Below, piece by piece: positions 11,027 to 21,073 of a stretch of 64,000 nucleotides of DNA. This DNA is from Candidatus Rifleibacteriota bacterium (GTDB taxonomy: Bacteria; Muiribacteriota; Ozemobacteria; Ozemobacterales; Ozemobacteraceae), in assembly GCA_012520995.1 (NCBI GenBank), contig JAAYNI010000080.1, positions 25,823 to 89,822 of the forward strand. Direction: 5' to 3'. A model generated the notes under the pieces. That model had not been told where the DNA came from, did not search any database, and saw only the letters and a list, made by a program, of their open reading frames with translations. A program made the position numbers and the translations under genes. Numbering within the stretch: position 1 is the stretch's first letter; every line of letters begins with the position of its first letter.

Positions 11027-12766
11027 TTAATCTCTTAATGGTGTTTCTGTCAAATTTCTGCCTGAAAAAGCACTCTCAAAGAGTTTTAAAACTTCATCGT
11101 AGGCATCCTTGCCGAGCCTTCCTGTTTCAGCTTCTCTCATCAGAGGGAAAAGAACTTCAGGCTCACCCGTTTTAGCAAGTTCTTTCAAAGCATTTAAATA
11201 AACCGAGTTTTCCTTGTCTTTCAGGAGTTTAAGCAAAATTTCCTTTTTTTCCTCATTTTTAAACCTTGCAAGAGCAAAAACCGCTGAACTTCGCACCCAC
11301 TTGCTTGGACTTTCCGTCATCTTTCTAAGCTTTGGCAACACATCTTTGCTGCCCAGTTTTTTTAGAGCCAAAGCAGCATTCACCCTGACTCTGTCATTTT
11401 TGTCCTCAAGATATTCTAAGAGTTCGGTCTCCTGAAAATCATCCAGCTTTGAAAGAGCCTCCAAGGTATTGGCTCTGACTCGGCCGTCAGGATGTTTCAA
11501 AAGCGGACGAATATCTTGAGCATATTCAGTTAAACCGGAACGGCCAAGAACTGCCGCCGCTGTAGCCATTATCCAAATATCGTTTTTTTCTTCTCTCAAA
11601 GTTTCTGCTATCTTTTCATAAAGCTCTTTCTTGTCATGCTTTCCAAGTGACAAAATAGCTGAAATTCTTAACCAGCGTTCATTGGAAGCCAAAGAGTCAA
11701 TAAGGAGTCTTTCTGAAATTTCAGAATCTATCTCAGCTAAGACTTCCTGTACAGCTTCCTTCATTCTGGAAGAGAGAGTTCCAAAGACACCCTTTATTTT
11801 TTCTGCAGCTTCTGAGCCCATTTTAACCAAAGCCTTAGCTGCCAGCTTTTTTACAGTGGCATCCTGTGAATTGACGTGATTGAATACAGCCGTAAAAAGC
11901 TCACTGCTTCCTATTTTGGCCGCCTCCTCCAAGAACTTAGCCAAAACCTGATTATCTGTTTCTTCCAACAAAAGCCTGTTTAAAAGAGAAATACGCTCTT
12001 CTTCTCTGAATATTCCCAGACAATTAGCCGCATTCAGCCTGACTTTTGGCAAAGTGTCTCTCAAAAGAACCAAAACAGTTTCGCAATCTTCTATCAACAA
12101 ATATTTAGGCAAAGCTTCAGAAATTCTGTTTCTGACATCAGGATTAGAAGATTTTGCAAGACGTTTGACTTGGAGCATGCCGCCTTCATCTTTAATTCTG
12201 GAAAGAGCCAGTTCAGCCCTCATAGCTATTTGCCAATTTGGACTGGACGAAATTCCTTTTAATGTCATTAAAAGTTCTGACTGTGGATTCTCAATGAAAT
12301 AATCAAGACAAAGCATAACTATTTCAGGCGCAGAAGCTTTAGGCAAAAGAGAAGCAAAGAAACTGCTGACTTCCTTGGAGGGATACGACATTAATATCTC
12401 CAAAGTCCGCTTTCTAATATAAACCGGCTGCTCAGGTGAAGCCAGCTTTTTCAGTTCAGTTATGTTTTCGGCAAGATTCATGCTTTCCAAAGCCGTAAAA
12501 GCTGCTTCAGAAATACTCTCGTCGGGGTTGCAGGCATATGAAGCTATATATTTTACTGATTTGGGAGAATTTATAGCCGCCAAAGAAGTTAGCAGATACG
12601 GCGTTAAAGCCGTATTATGAGTTCCAAGCAAGTCTATCAATAGGTCAGTATACTTTTTAGACTTAAGAATTCCCAAAGCTCTGACTGCAAGAATTTTTTC
12701 AGACAACTTTTGACTTTTAAGAGCTTCTAAAATCAAATTCTGCTTTTCCTTGGTTTCTTCGGACAT
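11027..12766 (-). CDS. HEAT-repeat protein
   Basis: Repeated motifs such as VRLNAANCLG, VRANTLEAL, VRVNAALAL, VRSSAVFAL. Confidence 0.85.
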   Translation of the reverse strand: MSEETKEKQNLILEALKSQKLSEKILAVRALGILKSKKYTDLLIDLLGTHNTALTPYLLTSLAAINSPKSVKYIASYACNPDESISEAAFTALESMNLAENITELKKLASPEQPVYIRKRTLEILMSYPSKEVSSFFASLLPKASAPEIVMLCLDYFIENPQSELLMTLKGISSSPNWQIAMRAELALSRIKDEGGMLQVKRLAKSSNPDVRNRISEALPKYLLIEDCETVLVLLRDTLPKVRLNAANCLGIFREEERISLLNRLLLEETDNQVLAKFLEEAAKIGSSELFTAVFNHVNSQDATVKKLAAKALVKMGSEAAEKIKGVFGTLSSRMKEAVQEVLAEIDSEISERLLIDSLASNERWLRISAILSLGKHDKKELYEKIAETLREEKNDIWIMATAAAVLGRSGLTEYAQDIRPLLKHPDGRVRANTLEALSKLDDFQETELLEYLEDKNDRVRVNAALALKKLGSKDVLPKLRKMTESPSKWVRSSAVFALARFKNEEKKEILLKLLKDKENSVYLNALKELAKTGEPEVLFPLMREAETGRLGKDAYDEVLKLFESAFSGRNLTETPLRD

Positions 12767-12782
12767 CTTTCTCTCCTAGTTA

Positions 12783-14045
12783 TTAATCTATTCTTTTTAT
12801 GTCAGCTCCAAGCATTGACATGCGCTCAGCAAGATGTTCGTATCCCCTGTCTATATGCTGAATTTCTGAAACTTCTGTTTCTCCTTCCGCCACAAGCCCA
12901 GCAAGCACAACAGCCGCGCCCGCCCTTAGATCTGTAGCAGACACAGGGGCGCCAACTAATTTAGGAACCCCTTTAATTATAGCTGTTTTTTTAGAATCAT
13001 TGTCTATATTTATTGATGCTCCCATCTTTACCAGCTCTGATACATGCATAAAGCGATTTTCAAAGATGTTTTCAACAATAATGGAAGTACCCTCAGCTAT
13101 GCTCATTGCCGCCATTAATTGTGCCTGCAAATCAGTAGCAAACCCCGGATAAGGCATAGTAGATGCGCTGGCGGCTCTCAAAGGACCATTTGAGGAAACT
13201 GTCACATAGTCCTCACCGACCTCCAACGTCGCTCCCATAGCAGTCAAGGTTTCCAACAAAGCATCTATATGCCCTGGATTACAATTTGTCACTGTTACAG
13301 GACCTTTTGCCATAGCGCCCAAAATCACAAAAGTGCCAGCTTCTATACGATCAGGCATTACACTGTAAGTGCCGCCGCCCAAGGACTTAACCCCTTTAAT
13401 AGTGACTATTGAAGTGCCAGCTCCTGAAATTTTGGCACCCAGCAGATTCAAAAAATTGCTCAAATCAACTATTTCAGGTTCTTTAGCAGCATTTCGTATG
13501 ACAGTCGTTCCTTCAGCTAAAACAGCAGCCATGATCAAGTTCTCTGTGGCTCCAACCGAGGGAAAAGAAAGCATTATGTCAGAACCTATAAGGCGTTCAG
13601 CTTGAGCCACAGCTCTTCCGTGTTCTATTGAAACCTCTGTGCCCATAGCCTTAAAGCCTTTAATATGTATATCTACAGGTCTGGCTCCGATAGCACAGCC
13701 GCCAGGAAGAGGAATTTTAGCTCTTCTGAGCCTTGAAAGCAATGGTCCCATTACAAAAAAACCTGCTCTCATACTGCTTACAAGGTTATAGGGAGGTTCA
13801 TCGGAGATATCACCGGAAGCATCGAAAACAAAAGAACCATCAGTGCCACGTTCAACCTTCACAGAAAGTGACTCCAGCATCTTGGCCATTGTCTCGACAT
13901 CGTCAAGTTGCGGCACATTATGCAAAGTCACAGGCTCGCTTGCCAAAATTACGCCTGCCATTATAGGCAAAGCAGCATTCTTTGCTCCGCTTACCTTCAC
14001 TTTTCCAGACAGAGGTTTGCCGCCATTTATAATAAATTTAGTCAT
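12783..14045 (-). CDS. murA: UDP-N-acetylglucosamine 1-carboxyvinyltransferase
   Basis: [20 protein letters not shown] (catalytic Cys), [25 protein letters not shown]. Confidence 0.98.
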   Translation of the reverse strand: MTKFIINGGKPLSGKVKVSGAKNAALPIMAGVILASEPVTLHNVPQLDDVETMAKMLESLSVKVERGTDGSFVFDASGDISDEPPYNLVSSMRAGFFVMGPLLSRLRRAKIPLPGGCAIGARPVDIHIKGFKAMGTEVSIEHGRAVAQAERLIGSDIMLSFPSVGATENLIMAAVLAEGTTVIRNAAKEPEIVDLSNFLNLLGAKISGAGTSIVTIKGVKSLGGGTYSVMPDRIEAGTFVILGAMAKGPVTVTNCNPGHIDALLETLTAMGATLEVGEDYVTVSSNGPLRAASASTMPYPGFATDLQAQLMAAMSIAEGTSIIVENIFENRFMHVSELVKMGASINIDNDSKKTAIIKGVPKLVGAPVSATDLRAGAAVVLAGLVAEGETEVSEIQHIDRGYEHLAERMSMLGADIKRID

Positions 14046-14538
14046 CTTCGGATAACTCTTTCATCTGAATTTCTATTTTGCCCTCTTTGAGCATCTCAAG
14101 AGCAAAATCATCCGGATAAGAACCGGAAAAGACAACCTTCTCTATACCTGCGTTTATAAGCATTTTTGAACAGGTAATACAAGGCTGGTGAGTGCAATAA
14201 AGAACGCCGCCCTTCAAAGAAACGCCAAAAGCCGCTGCCTGAAGCATAGCATTCTGTTCGGCGTGTAAGCCCCTGCAAAGCTCTTGGCGCTCGCCGGAAG
14301 GAATTCCCTTGGCTTCTCTTAAGCAACCGCTTGGCAACTGATAGCAATGTCGGCACCCGTATGGAGCTCCATTGTAACCTGTCGCCAGAACTCTGTTGTC
14401 TCTTACTATTATGGCACCTACATGGCGGCGAAGGCAGGTAGATCTTTGAGCAGCCAGCTGAGCCATTCTCAGAAAATAGGTATCCCAATCTGGCCGTCTC
14501 TTCTCGATCTCATTTATTTGCTTTTCTGTTATTGTCAT
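14038..14538 (-). CDS. dCMP deaminase (ComEB family)
   Basis: [24 protein letters not shown] and PCITC zinc motifs. Confidence 0.92.
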   Translation of the reverse strand: MTITEKQINEIEKRRPDWDTYFLRMAQLAAQRSTCLRRHVGAIIVRDNRVLATGYNGAPYGCRHCYQLPSGCLREAKGIPSGERQELCRGLHAEQNAMLQAAAFGVSLKGGVLYCTHQPCITCSKMLINAGIEKVVFSGSYPDDFALEMLKEGKIEIQMKELSEDD

Positions 14539-14966
14539 ATTTCTATTTTAGCAATTCTGCCGCAATGTCTGCCGCCTTCAAATTCAGTGGCGTAAAACTT
14601 CTCAGCTATATTTTCAGCCAGCTGTATGCCTGTAAGCCTGCCGCCTAAAACCAGCACATTGGCATCATTATGCCTTCTGGACAGATCGGCATCCAAAGTA
14701 AAACGGCAAAGCGCGGCTCTTATGCCGGGATGTCTGTTTGCGGCCATTGAAATGCCAATACCTGAACCGCACACTAAAAGACCTCTGGAACCAGGATTAT
14801 TCAAAACAGCTTTTGCAACCTTGTGAGCATAATCAGGATAGTCACAGGATTCGTTTGTGTAAGTTCCAAGATCTTCAACTTGATAACCTGATTTTTCAAG
14901 ATACATGATCATGTTATTTTTTAGTTCCAAACCAGCGTGATCGGAACCTGCAAAAATCTTCATCAT
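14535..14966 (-). CDS. rpiB: Ribose-5-phosphate isomerase B
   Basis: [31 protein letters not shown]. Confidence 0.96.
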   Translation of the reverse strand: MMKIFAGSDHAGLELKNNMIMYLEKSGYQVEDLGTYTNESCDYPDYAHKVAKAVLNNPGSRGLLVCGSGIGISMAANRHPGIRAALCRFTLDADLSRRHNDANVLVLGGRLTGIQLAENIAEKFYATEFEGGRHCGRIAKIEI

Positions 14967-15039
14967 TTATTCCTCCATAGCATCAGACAATAATACATGG
15001 CTCCAGTCTCAAGATGCAACAATGTTATTGAGAACCAAA

Positions 15040-15208
15040 CTATCCACAGATGGACACAGATTCATACAGATGAGGGCACAGAAAGATATACAACGGTTAT
15101 TTATCGACTTCTTGAAGCAGTTGACAGTCCCATGTTGAATTCTAAACAATTCAACTCGCCACGCACCACTCGCCACTCATCACTGATTTTTAACCTGCGG
15201 TTAAAAAT
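15040..15208. repeat. Intergenic repeat-arm locus A
   Basis: Left 9-mer arm ctatccacagatggacacagattcatacagat (15040-15071); right 7-mer arm ctaaacaattcaactcgccacgcaccactcgccactcatcactg (15142-15185); then palindrome atttttaacc-tgc-ggttaaaaat (15186-15208). Confidence 0.85.
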
Positions 15209-17618
15209 CCCGCGTTTTACGCGGCTTTAGTCCTTTGTCTTTAAAATATTGTTCAGCCTTTTTGTGCCACTCGTCTCTCGCCGCCTCATCCACAGCTATT
15301 TGCAAATAGCCCACAGCGTGAACAGCTGTCACAAAATCAGACAAGAAAGAGAAAGTGTCATTGGCGACAGCTTCCTGAGCTAGCAATGAGGTATTCTGAG
15401 CGTCTATCAAGTCCAAGATTCCTATAGCGCCGTTTGAATAAGCATTTTTCACTATTTCCAAAGTTTTTTCCGCAAAAGCTGCACGACTTTCAGAAAGAGC
15501 TATTGAGAGATAGGAAGCCTTCACATCCTCTAAAGCAGCCCTGGTTGCCAACTCCAGCTTATTCATTACGCTTTGTCTTGTCGACTCGACAGCTTTCTGA
15601 GCAGCTTTAGCAGCTCTGATTTTGGCACCTCTTTCTCCGCCCTCATAGATCGGGAAAGACACTTCCAAGCCTACAGACCAGTCATTTCTGTCCGAATAGC
15701 TGATAAAATTATTAATTGGCGACGGCAAAGCGGGATTATCTTTTCCTGCGCCAGCTTTATAAGCCGTTCTTGCATATTCGCCTTTGAGAGCGACAGTAGG
15801 CGAAGTCTTAGCGGCAACTTCTGTTTTCGTATACCTTGAAGTGCTTTCAACCATTTTATCCAACTGAGCAAGCAATGGAGAATGTTCAAAAGTTTCCTTA
15901 ACCAGAAAATCTTTTAAAAACTTGTACCCTCCAGGGTTATCAATATAAGCTGACAGCCTGTCTTTCTCTAAAAACAGAAAACTGGAAAAAATATCGGGAT
16001 CTTTGGGACAAAAGATTGTTTCCTGATCTCGGCACAATACCGCATTCAAAGCCATATTTGCTTTTTTACAGACAGCAGAAGACTGGAGAAGAGCCTGCTT
16101 AGCGCTGGCCATTTCAATTTCCCAGCGATAAACATCAGAAGCCGAACTCATGCCTATATTTTCTCTAAAACGAGCTATTTCAAGGTTCGCCCTGATCACT
16201 TCCAGATTGTCTTTCTTTATATTTAAAAGAGTATTGGCCTTGAGCAAGTTCAAATAACTGTTGGCAGCTTCTTTTGCTACATCATAAAGCAAAGCGCGCT
16301 CTTCTTCTTGTTTAGCGGCATGCAGAATTTTCTTGATATCTCCGGCAGCCATAGCCTCACGATTGTAGAGCAAAGCTTTTATTTCAGCACCGAATTTAAC
16401 CGTGCGCTCTGCAGGAGCAACCAAGGTTTCGGCTCTGTCATCATCAATAACAAGCCCTCTGGCAAAAGCTGATAGTCTGGGAGACAAAAGACTTGCCGCT
16501 TCATCTGCTTCAGCTGCGGCTTTTTTCGTCTCAAGCCGTTTGGCTTTCAAAGCGTAGCTTTTGCTCACAGCCTCAGAAACAACTTCATAAATAGACATTT
16601 TTGCGCCTGTTCCGGCTGCCAGCTCTTCATTAATGAGATCGGCTTCTATCATCTGTTTCCAGCTGGGATAAAGTCCTATCTTTTCCGCCGTTTTCATATC
16701 TATAGTGAATTTGTCACTTTGATCAAAGTTCACCGGGAAAGACGCGGGGTTTTCCCCCAAATAAATTCTTTGTATGAACGTAACAACTCTTCGGCTGAGT
16801 TTCCTGATATCTATTTTGGGAAAAACGCTGCAATAAACTCCCTCACTGGAAGTTCCAGAGTCAATCATAGCCATAGAAGGGATCTTTAGAGCATTTATCA
16901 TCTTAATTATCTGCTGCATTTTTGAATGTGACAAATCAGAGAGAGGTGCCAAATAAACCGCATCCGAAGAGGCTATTTCTTTTTCTATCGCCGACAAATC
17001 GTTGGCAGCGGGAACTATTTTAAGCTTGAATCCCTGTTCAGAAGCCTGCTTTTGCAAAGCGTCATGGAGTTCGGGAAGACCATCTATCAAATAGGGACTC
17101 ATCAAAAGACTGACAGTCTTGATATCTGTTATTTCTCCCAGCCTTCTCATGTGCTCGCCCAACTCCAGAGCAAAATCGATATAGGCCAAATTAGAAATGC
17201 CGCTTCTGCCTTTTTCAGAAGGCACAGACAACAAATCTGCATTGTAGATATGAGTAGCGATAACAGGCTTTCTATGGAATTTCATACCTACAGCGTTTTT
17301 TGAAGAAACAGCTCCAATAGCCAGAATAAGATCAATAGCAGAATCTTTTTCAAATTTGTCCAGCAAACGTTTTGAGTTCTGACGATTCCAATCAGCAGAA
17401 ACAATATTCTCGGGCTTCAGGTAAAGCCCTTGTCCGTCTGGAAGAAGCTTGGCGCTTTCCTGCTCGATCAACCTGCGCAGAGCCACAAAGCTTTCGTGAG
17501 GGCCGTCATATACTATCGCAGTGTTCAAGGGCCTAGCCAAAAGAGGCGAATGTGAGAGAAAAAGTAAAAAGAAAAAGACAAGCACTCCGTATAGAGTGCT
17601 TCTGCAAGGATAAGTCAT
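15201..17618 (-). CDS. TolC-family outer membrane protein with extra N-terminal periplasmic-binding-like domain
   Basis: Signal peptide; about 320-aa alpha/beta N-terminal region; C-terminal about 460 aa with two OEP-type repeats (SFPIYEGGERGAKIRAAKA, YSNGAIGILDLIDAQ). Confidence 0.8.
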   Translation of the reverse strand: MTYPCRSTLYGVLVFFFLLFLSHSPLLARPLNTAIVYDGPHESFVALRRLIEQESAKLLPDGQGLYLKPENIVSADWNRQNSKRLLDKFEKDSAIDLILAIGAVSSKNAVGMKFHRKPVIATHIYNADLLSVPSEKGRSGISNLAYIDFALELGEHMRRLGEITDIKTVSLLMSPYLIDGLPELHDALQKQASEQGFKLKIVPAANDLSAIEKEIASSDAVYLAPLSDLSHSKMQQIIKMINALKIPSMAMIDSGTSSEGVYCSVFPKIDIRKLSRRVVTFIQRIYLGENPASFPVNFDQSDKFTIDMKTAEKIGLYPSWKQMIEADLINEELAAGTGAKMSIYEVVSEAVSKSYALKAKRLETKKAAAEADEAASLLSPRLSAFARGLVIDDDRAETLVAPAERTVKFGAEIKALLYNREAMAAGDIKKILHAAKQEEERALLYDVAKEAANSYLNLLKANTLLNIKKDNLEVIRANLEIARFRENIGMSSASDVYRWEIEMASAKQALLQSSAVCKKANMALNAVLCRDQETIFCPKDPDIFSSFLFLEKDRLSAYIDNPGGYKFLKDFLVKETFEHSPLLAQLDKMVESTSRYTKTEVAAKTSPTVALKGEYARTAYKAGAGKDNPALPSPINNFISYSDRNDWSVGLEVSFPIYEGGERGAKIRAAKAAQKAVESTRQSVMNKLELATRAALEDVKASYLSIALSESRAAFAEKTLEIVKNAYSNGAIGILDLIDAQNTSLLAQEAVANDTFSFLSDFVTAVHAVGYLQIAVDEAARDEWHKKAEQYFKDKGLKPRKTRDF

Positions 17619-17637
17619 TTTTCAGCTCCCGTTTAAA

Positions 17638-18333
17638 TTAAATACCAGGGCCAGTAGATGATACAGCCTTCAGCTCCGGATAACTGCGCAGAACCTTTAC
17701 AATTTCAACAAAGGTAGAGGTTCCCGGGAAGAGTATATTCAACTCGAAATTGGAATATTTCTTGTCTTGGTCGATTGTAACGGAAATTTCAACTATCTCA
17801 ACGTCATGTTTCGCCAAAAGCTGTCTTATTTCATCAACTGTCACTTCGCGAGCAACTGTCACAAAAATGGTTCTGGCAACCGGAAACTGTCTGCGATAAA
17901 TAGCGCTGTGAGATATTATGTTGAGAAGAACTATCATCAAAGTTGCAACAGAACCCATCATATATTGCCCCGCACCTATGGCCATGCCAACACCGCAAGT
18001 TGTCCATACTCCTGCAGCAGTGGTTAAACCGCGCACTGTTGCTGTTCTTATAAAAATAGTGCCTGCTCCGAGAAAGGCCACGCCACTGATAGTTCCATAA
18101 GCTATACGCGAAGGATCCAGCCTCACGCCTTCAACACACAAAAGGTCAAAAAATCCATATTTGGATATAATCATCAACAGTGCCGAAGCTAGAGCCACTA
18201 TAGCATGGGTACGCAACCCAGCCGACTTAAGCTGATTTTCTCTCTCCAAACCTATGCACATACCGCAAGCCATAGCTATGAGGAGTTTTATAATAGCTTC
18301 AGTTTCGTTAAATGCAGGGGTCACAGGATTCAT
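17638..18333 (-). CDS. MgtC/SapB family protein with C-terminal ACT-like domain
   Basis: IGLERE, AGLRTH, DPSRIAYG, GLTTAAGVW motifs. Confidence 0.92.
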   Translation of the reverse strand: MNPVTPAFNETEAIIKLLIAMACGMCIGLERENQLKSAGLRTHAIVALASALLMIISKYGFFDLLCVEGVRLDPSRIAYGTISGVAFLGAGTIFIRTATVRGLTTAAGVWTTCGVGMAIGAGQYMMGSVATLMIVLLNIISHSAIYRRQFPVARTIFVTVAREVTVDEIRQLLAKHDVEIVEISVTIDQDKKYSNFELNILFPGTSTFVEIVKVLRSYPELKAVSSTGPGI

Positions 18334-18437
18334 AAAAAGAGCACCTTAGAGGGAATGGTTTAATACAGCTTCGCTCATTGTAATGCAAACTTTGAAATCA
18401 ATCAAGCACACAGAAGAGAAAAACCACAACAGCCGAT

Positions 18438-18528
18438 CTATCCGCAGATTACACAGACGGGATTTTAAGCATAGCTTTAAATCAGGGCACAGGGAGTTAG
18501 TAAGCCACCCCTACGCCCTACTCCCTAA
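18438..18528. repeat. Intergenic repeat-arm locus B
   Basis: ctatccgcagattacacagac (18438-18458), then cagggcacagggagttag and an inverted 7-mer arm ccacccctacgccctactccctaa (18505-18528). Confidence 0.7.
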
Positions 18529-18534
18529 ATCAAG

Positions 18535-20694
18535 TTACCAGCGTTCAGTATCCTTTCGCTCCTTCTTCTTCATTGAAAGGGCAATTCTGTTTCTAGGTAT
18601 ATCCACTTCTGTCACCCGCACTTGAACCTTTTGGCGAACCTTTACTACGTCAGACGGGTCTTTTACAAACTTGTCAGAAAGCTGGCTTATATGTACAAGC
18701 CCATCTTGATGAACTCCTATATCAACAAATGCGCCGAAATTAGTGACGTTTGTGACTATGCCAGGCAATACCATACCTACTTTGAGATCTTTTATCTCAG
18801 TTACGCCCTCTGCAAAAGAGAAGGTCTCAAATTTTTCACGAGGATCCAGACCGGGTTTTGCAAGCTCTGTCATAATATCGTTCAGAGTAGGCATGCCTGT
18901 TTCTTCAGTACAATATTGTTTGAGATTCACTTTCTTTCTCAAATCTTCATCATCCAGAAGATCTTGAACATCGCAATCCATGTCTTTCGCCATCTGCTCA
19001 ACAATCTGATAGCTTTCAGGGTGAACTGCGCTGTTATCCAGCGGATTATCGCTGTTTCTTACGCGTAAAAAGCCCGCACATTGTTCGAAGGCCTTGTTTC
19101 CAAGACGAGGCACTTTAAGCAGTTGCTTTCTGTTCTTGAAAGCGCCGTTTTCTTCTCGATAAGTTACTATATTCTTAGCAAGAGCATCGCCTAACCCTGA
19201 AACATAGCTCAAAAGCTGTTTGCTTGCAGTGTTAACTTCAACCCCGACCTTGTTAACGCAGCTTATAACCACGTCATCCAAGCCTTTTTTCAACATATTC
19301 TGATCCACGTCATGCTGATATTGACCGACTCCTATAGACTTAGGGTCTATCTTTACAAGCTCTGCAAGGGGATCCATAAGTCTTCTTCCTATTGAAACAG
19401 CGCCTCTTACCGTAACATCATGGTCAGGAAACTCTTCTCTGGCGACTTCCGAGGCGCTGTAAATTGAAGCTCCGCTTTCATTCACCATCACTATAGGTAT
19501 GGAAGCAGGCAAATTGAGCTTTCTTACAAACGCTTCTGTTTCTCGGCTGGCAGTGCCGTTTCCTATGGCTATAGCTTCGATCGAATGCTTTTTAACAAGC
19601 CTCAAAATCAATATTGCAGAAGCTTCTAAGGCTCTATCCGACTGGCTTATGAAAATAACATCGTTTTCAAGCAATTTGCCTTGCCTGTCCAAGCAGACAA
19701 CTTTGCAGCCTGTTCTGAAGCCAGGGTCTATAGCCAGCACGGACTTTTGTCCAAGCGGAGGAGCCATTAAAAGCTCTCTTAAGTTTTCAGCGAAAACTCT
19801 GATAGCTTCCGCATCGGCTCTTTCTCTTAAAATTTTTCTGTATTCATTCTCTATAGAAGGTTCTATAAGGCGTTTATAGGAATCTTCTATAGCAGCTCTT
19901 ACTTGTTCCCAAGCTGCGCAGAAGTTCTCTCTGTAGAACTTGTGAATAAGCTTTGAGGCTTTGTCAGCATCAGGCAGAATAGTAACTTTCAAAATGCCTT
20001 CGTTCTCGCCTCTAAAAACAGCCAAGAGTCTATGAGAAGGCACTTTTACGGCAGGCTCCTGCCAATCAAAATAATCTCTGAACTTTTCGCCTTCTTTTTC
20101 TTTGTCTTTGATTACAGTCGAATTCAAAACTGCATCCAATTCGAAAAATTCTCTGACAGCGTTTCTGACATCGGCGTTTTCGCTGACTCGTTCAGCTATT
20201 ATATCGCGAGCGCCTTGCAAAGCTTCATCTGCTGTTTTAACGCCCTTTTCTTCGCTGATAAATTTTTCAGCTTCATCAGTAGGCACAGTGGCCAGCTTTT
20301 GAGCAAGCAATATCTCAGCCAAGGGCTCCAAACCTTTTTCTTTGGCGACAGCAGCTTTTGTGCGTTTTTTGGGTCTGAAAGGCAGATAAATATCTTCAAG
20401 CTCAGTCAAAGTTTCAGCCTTGGCAAGCTTTTCTGAAAGCTCTTCAGTTAAAAGATCTCGGCTTTCCAAAGATTTGACTATAGCCGCTCTGCGTTTGTCA
20501 CATTCTTTAAGCTGCTCCAGCTTGTCTCTGATTGCCGTAATGGCCACTTCGTCAAGAGAGCCGGTCCTTTCTTTTCTGTATCTGGCGATAAAAGGCACTG
20601 TGCCGCCTTCTTCTAGAAGTTGGTTCACAGACATTACCTGCAATGGATGTATATCCAGTTCTTTAGCTATTTTATTAAAATATTGATCATTCAT
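18535..20694 (-). CDS. tex: Tex-family RNA-binding transcriptional accessory protein
   Basis: GTVPFIARYRKE, AIDPGFRTGCK, KIDPKSIGVGQYQHD, C-terminal S1 domain. Start moved to ATG 20694 (GGAG RBS) from the track's 20736. Confidence 0.96.
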   Translation of the reverse strand: MNDQYFNKIAKELDIHPLQVMSVNQLLEEGGTVPFIARYRKERTGSLDEVAITAIRDKLEQLKECDKRRAAIVKSLESRDLLTEELSEKLAKAETLTELEDIYLPFRPKKRTKAAVAKEKGLEPLAEILLAQKLATVPTDEAEKFISEEKGVKTADEALQGARDIIAERVSENADVRNAVREFFELDAVLNSTVIKDKEKEGEKFRDYFDWQEPAVKVPSHRLLAVFRGENEGILKVTILPDADKASKLIHKFYRENFCAAWEQVRAAIEDSYKRLIEPSIENEYRKILRERADAEAIRVFAENLRELLMAPPLGQKSVLAIDPGFRTGCKVVCLDRQGKLLENDVIFISQSDRALEASAILILRLVKKHSIEAIAIGNGTASRETEAFVRKLNLPASIPIVMVNESGASIYSASEVAREEFPDHDVTVRGAVSIGRRLMDPLAELVKIDPKSIGVGQYQHDVDQNMLKKGLDDVVISCVNKVGVEVNTASKQLLSYVSGLGDALAKNIVTYREENGAFKNRKQLLKVPRLGNKAFEQCAGFLRVRNSDNPLDNSAVHPESYQIVEQMAKDMDCDVQDLLDDEDLRKKVNLKQYCTEETGMPTLNDIMTELAKPGLDPREKFETFSFAEGVTEIKDLKVGMVLPGIVTNVTNFGAFVDIGVHQDGLVHISQLSDKFVKDPSDVVKVRQKVQVRVTEVDIPRNRIALSMKKKERKDTERW

Positions 20695-20735
20695 TGTTTT
20701 ATCTCCATTTAAAAGGCATAGGAAACAGAAAGGCA

Positions 20736-21073
20736 AAAACCTTTTTTAAACCACGGAACACACAGAATACACGGAAAGGCAGAAAAACTTTTCATTTATT
20801 TTATTTATTTCTCTATAGTTTTTATATTCGCATTAATTTAACTGCTTATCAATAACAGATAAATTTCAAATTTTGTAATATTTTCTCTGATTGATATGCC
20901 GTCAGGGTTTTAATCAGCAACGGGGACAAAATTCTATAAGATAGAATTTTGTAATTGATTTCTTCATCTTCAGAATCTGCGGATGAAATATTTTGTCTTT
21001 TTCCGTGTATTCTGTGTATTCTGTGGTCAAAAGCTTCTTAGTTCGTGTTTTTCGTGTGTTTCGTGGTTTAAAG
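20736..21073. repeat. Intergenic repeat-arm locus C (inverted 9-mer arms about 300 bp apart)
   Basis: Left aaaaccttttttaaaccacggaacacacagaatacacggaaa (20736-20777); right tttccgtgtattctgtgtattctgtggt (21000-21027) and ttcgtgtttttcgtgtgtttcgtggtttaaag (21042-21073); central perfect hairpin acaaaattctat-aag-atagaattttgt (20926-20952). Confidence 0.9.

Noticed and set aside
14997-15230. 77-aa plus-strand ORF (HRWTQIHTD...)
   Set aside because: Runs through repeat locus A; no RBS or recognisable domain.
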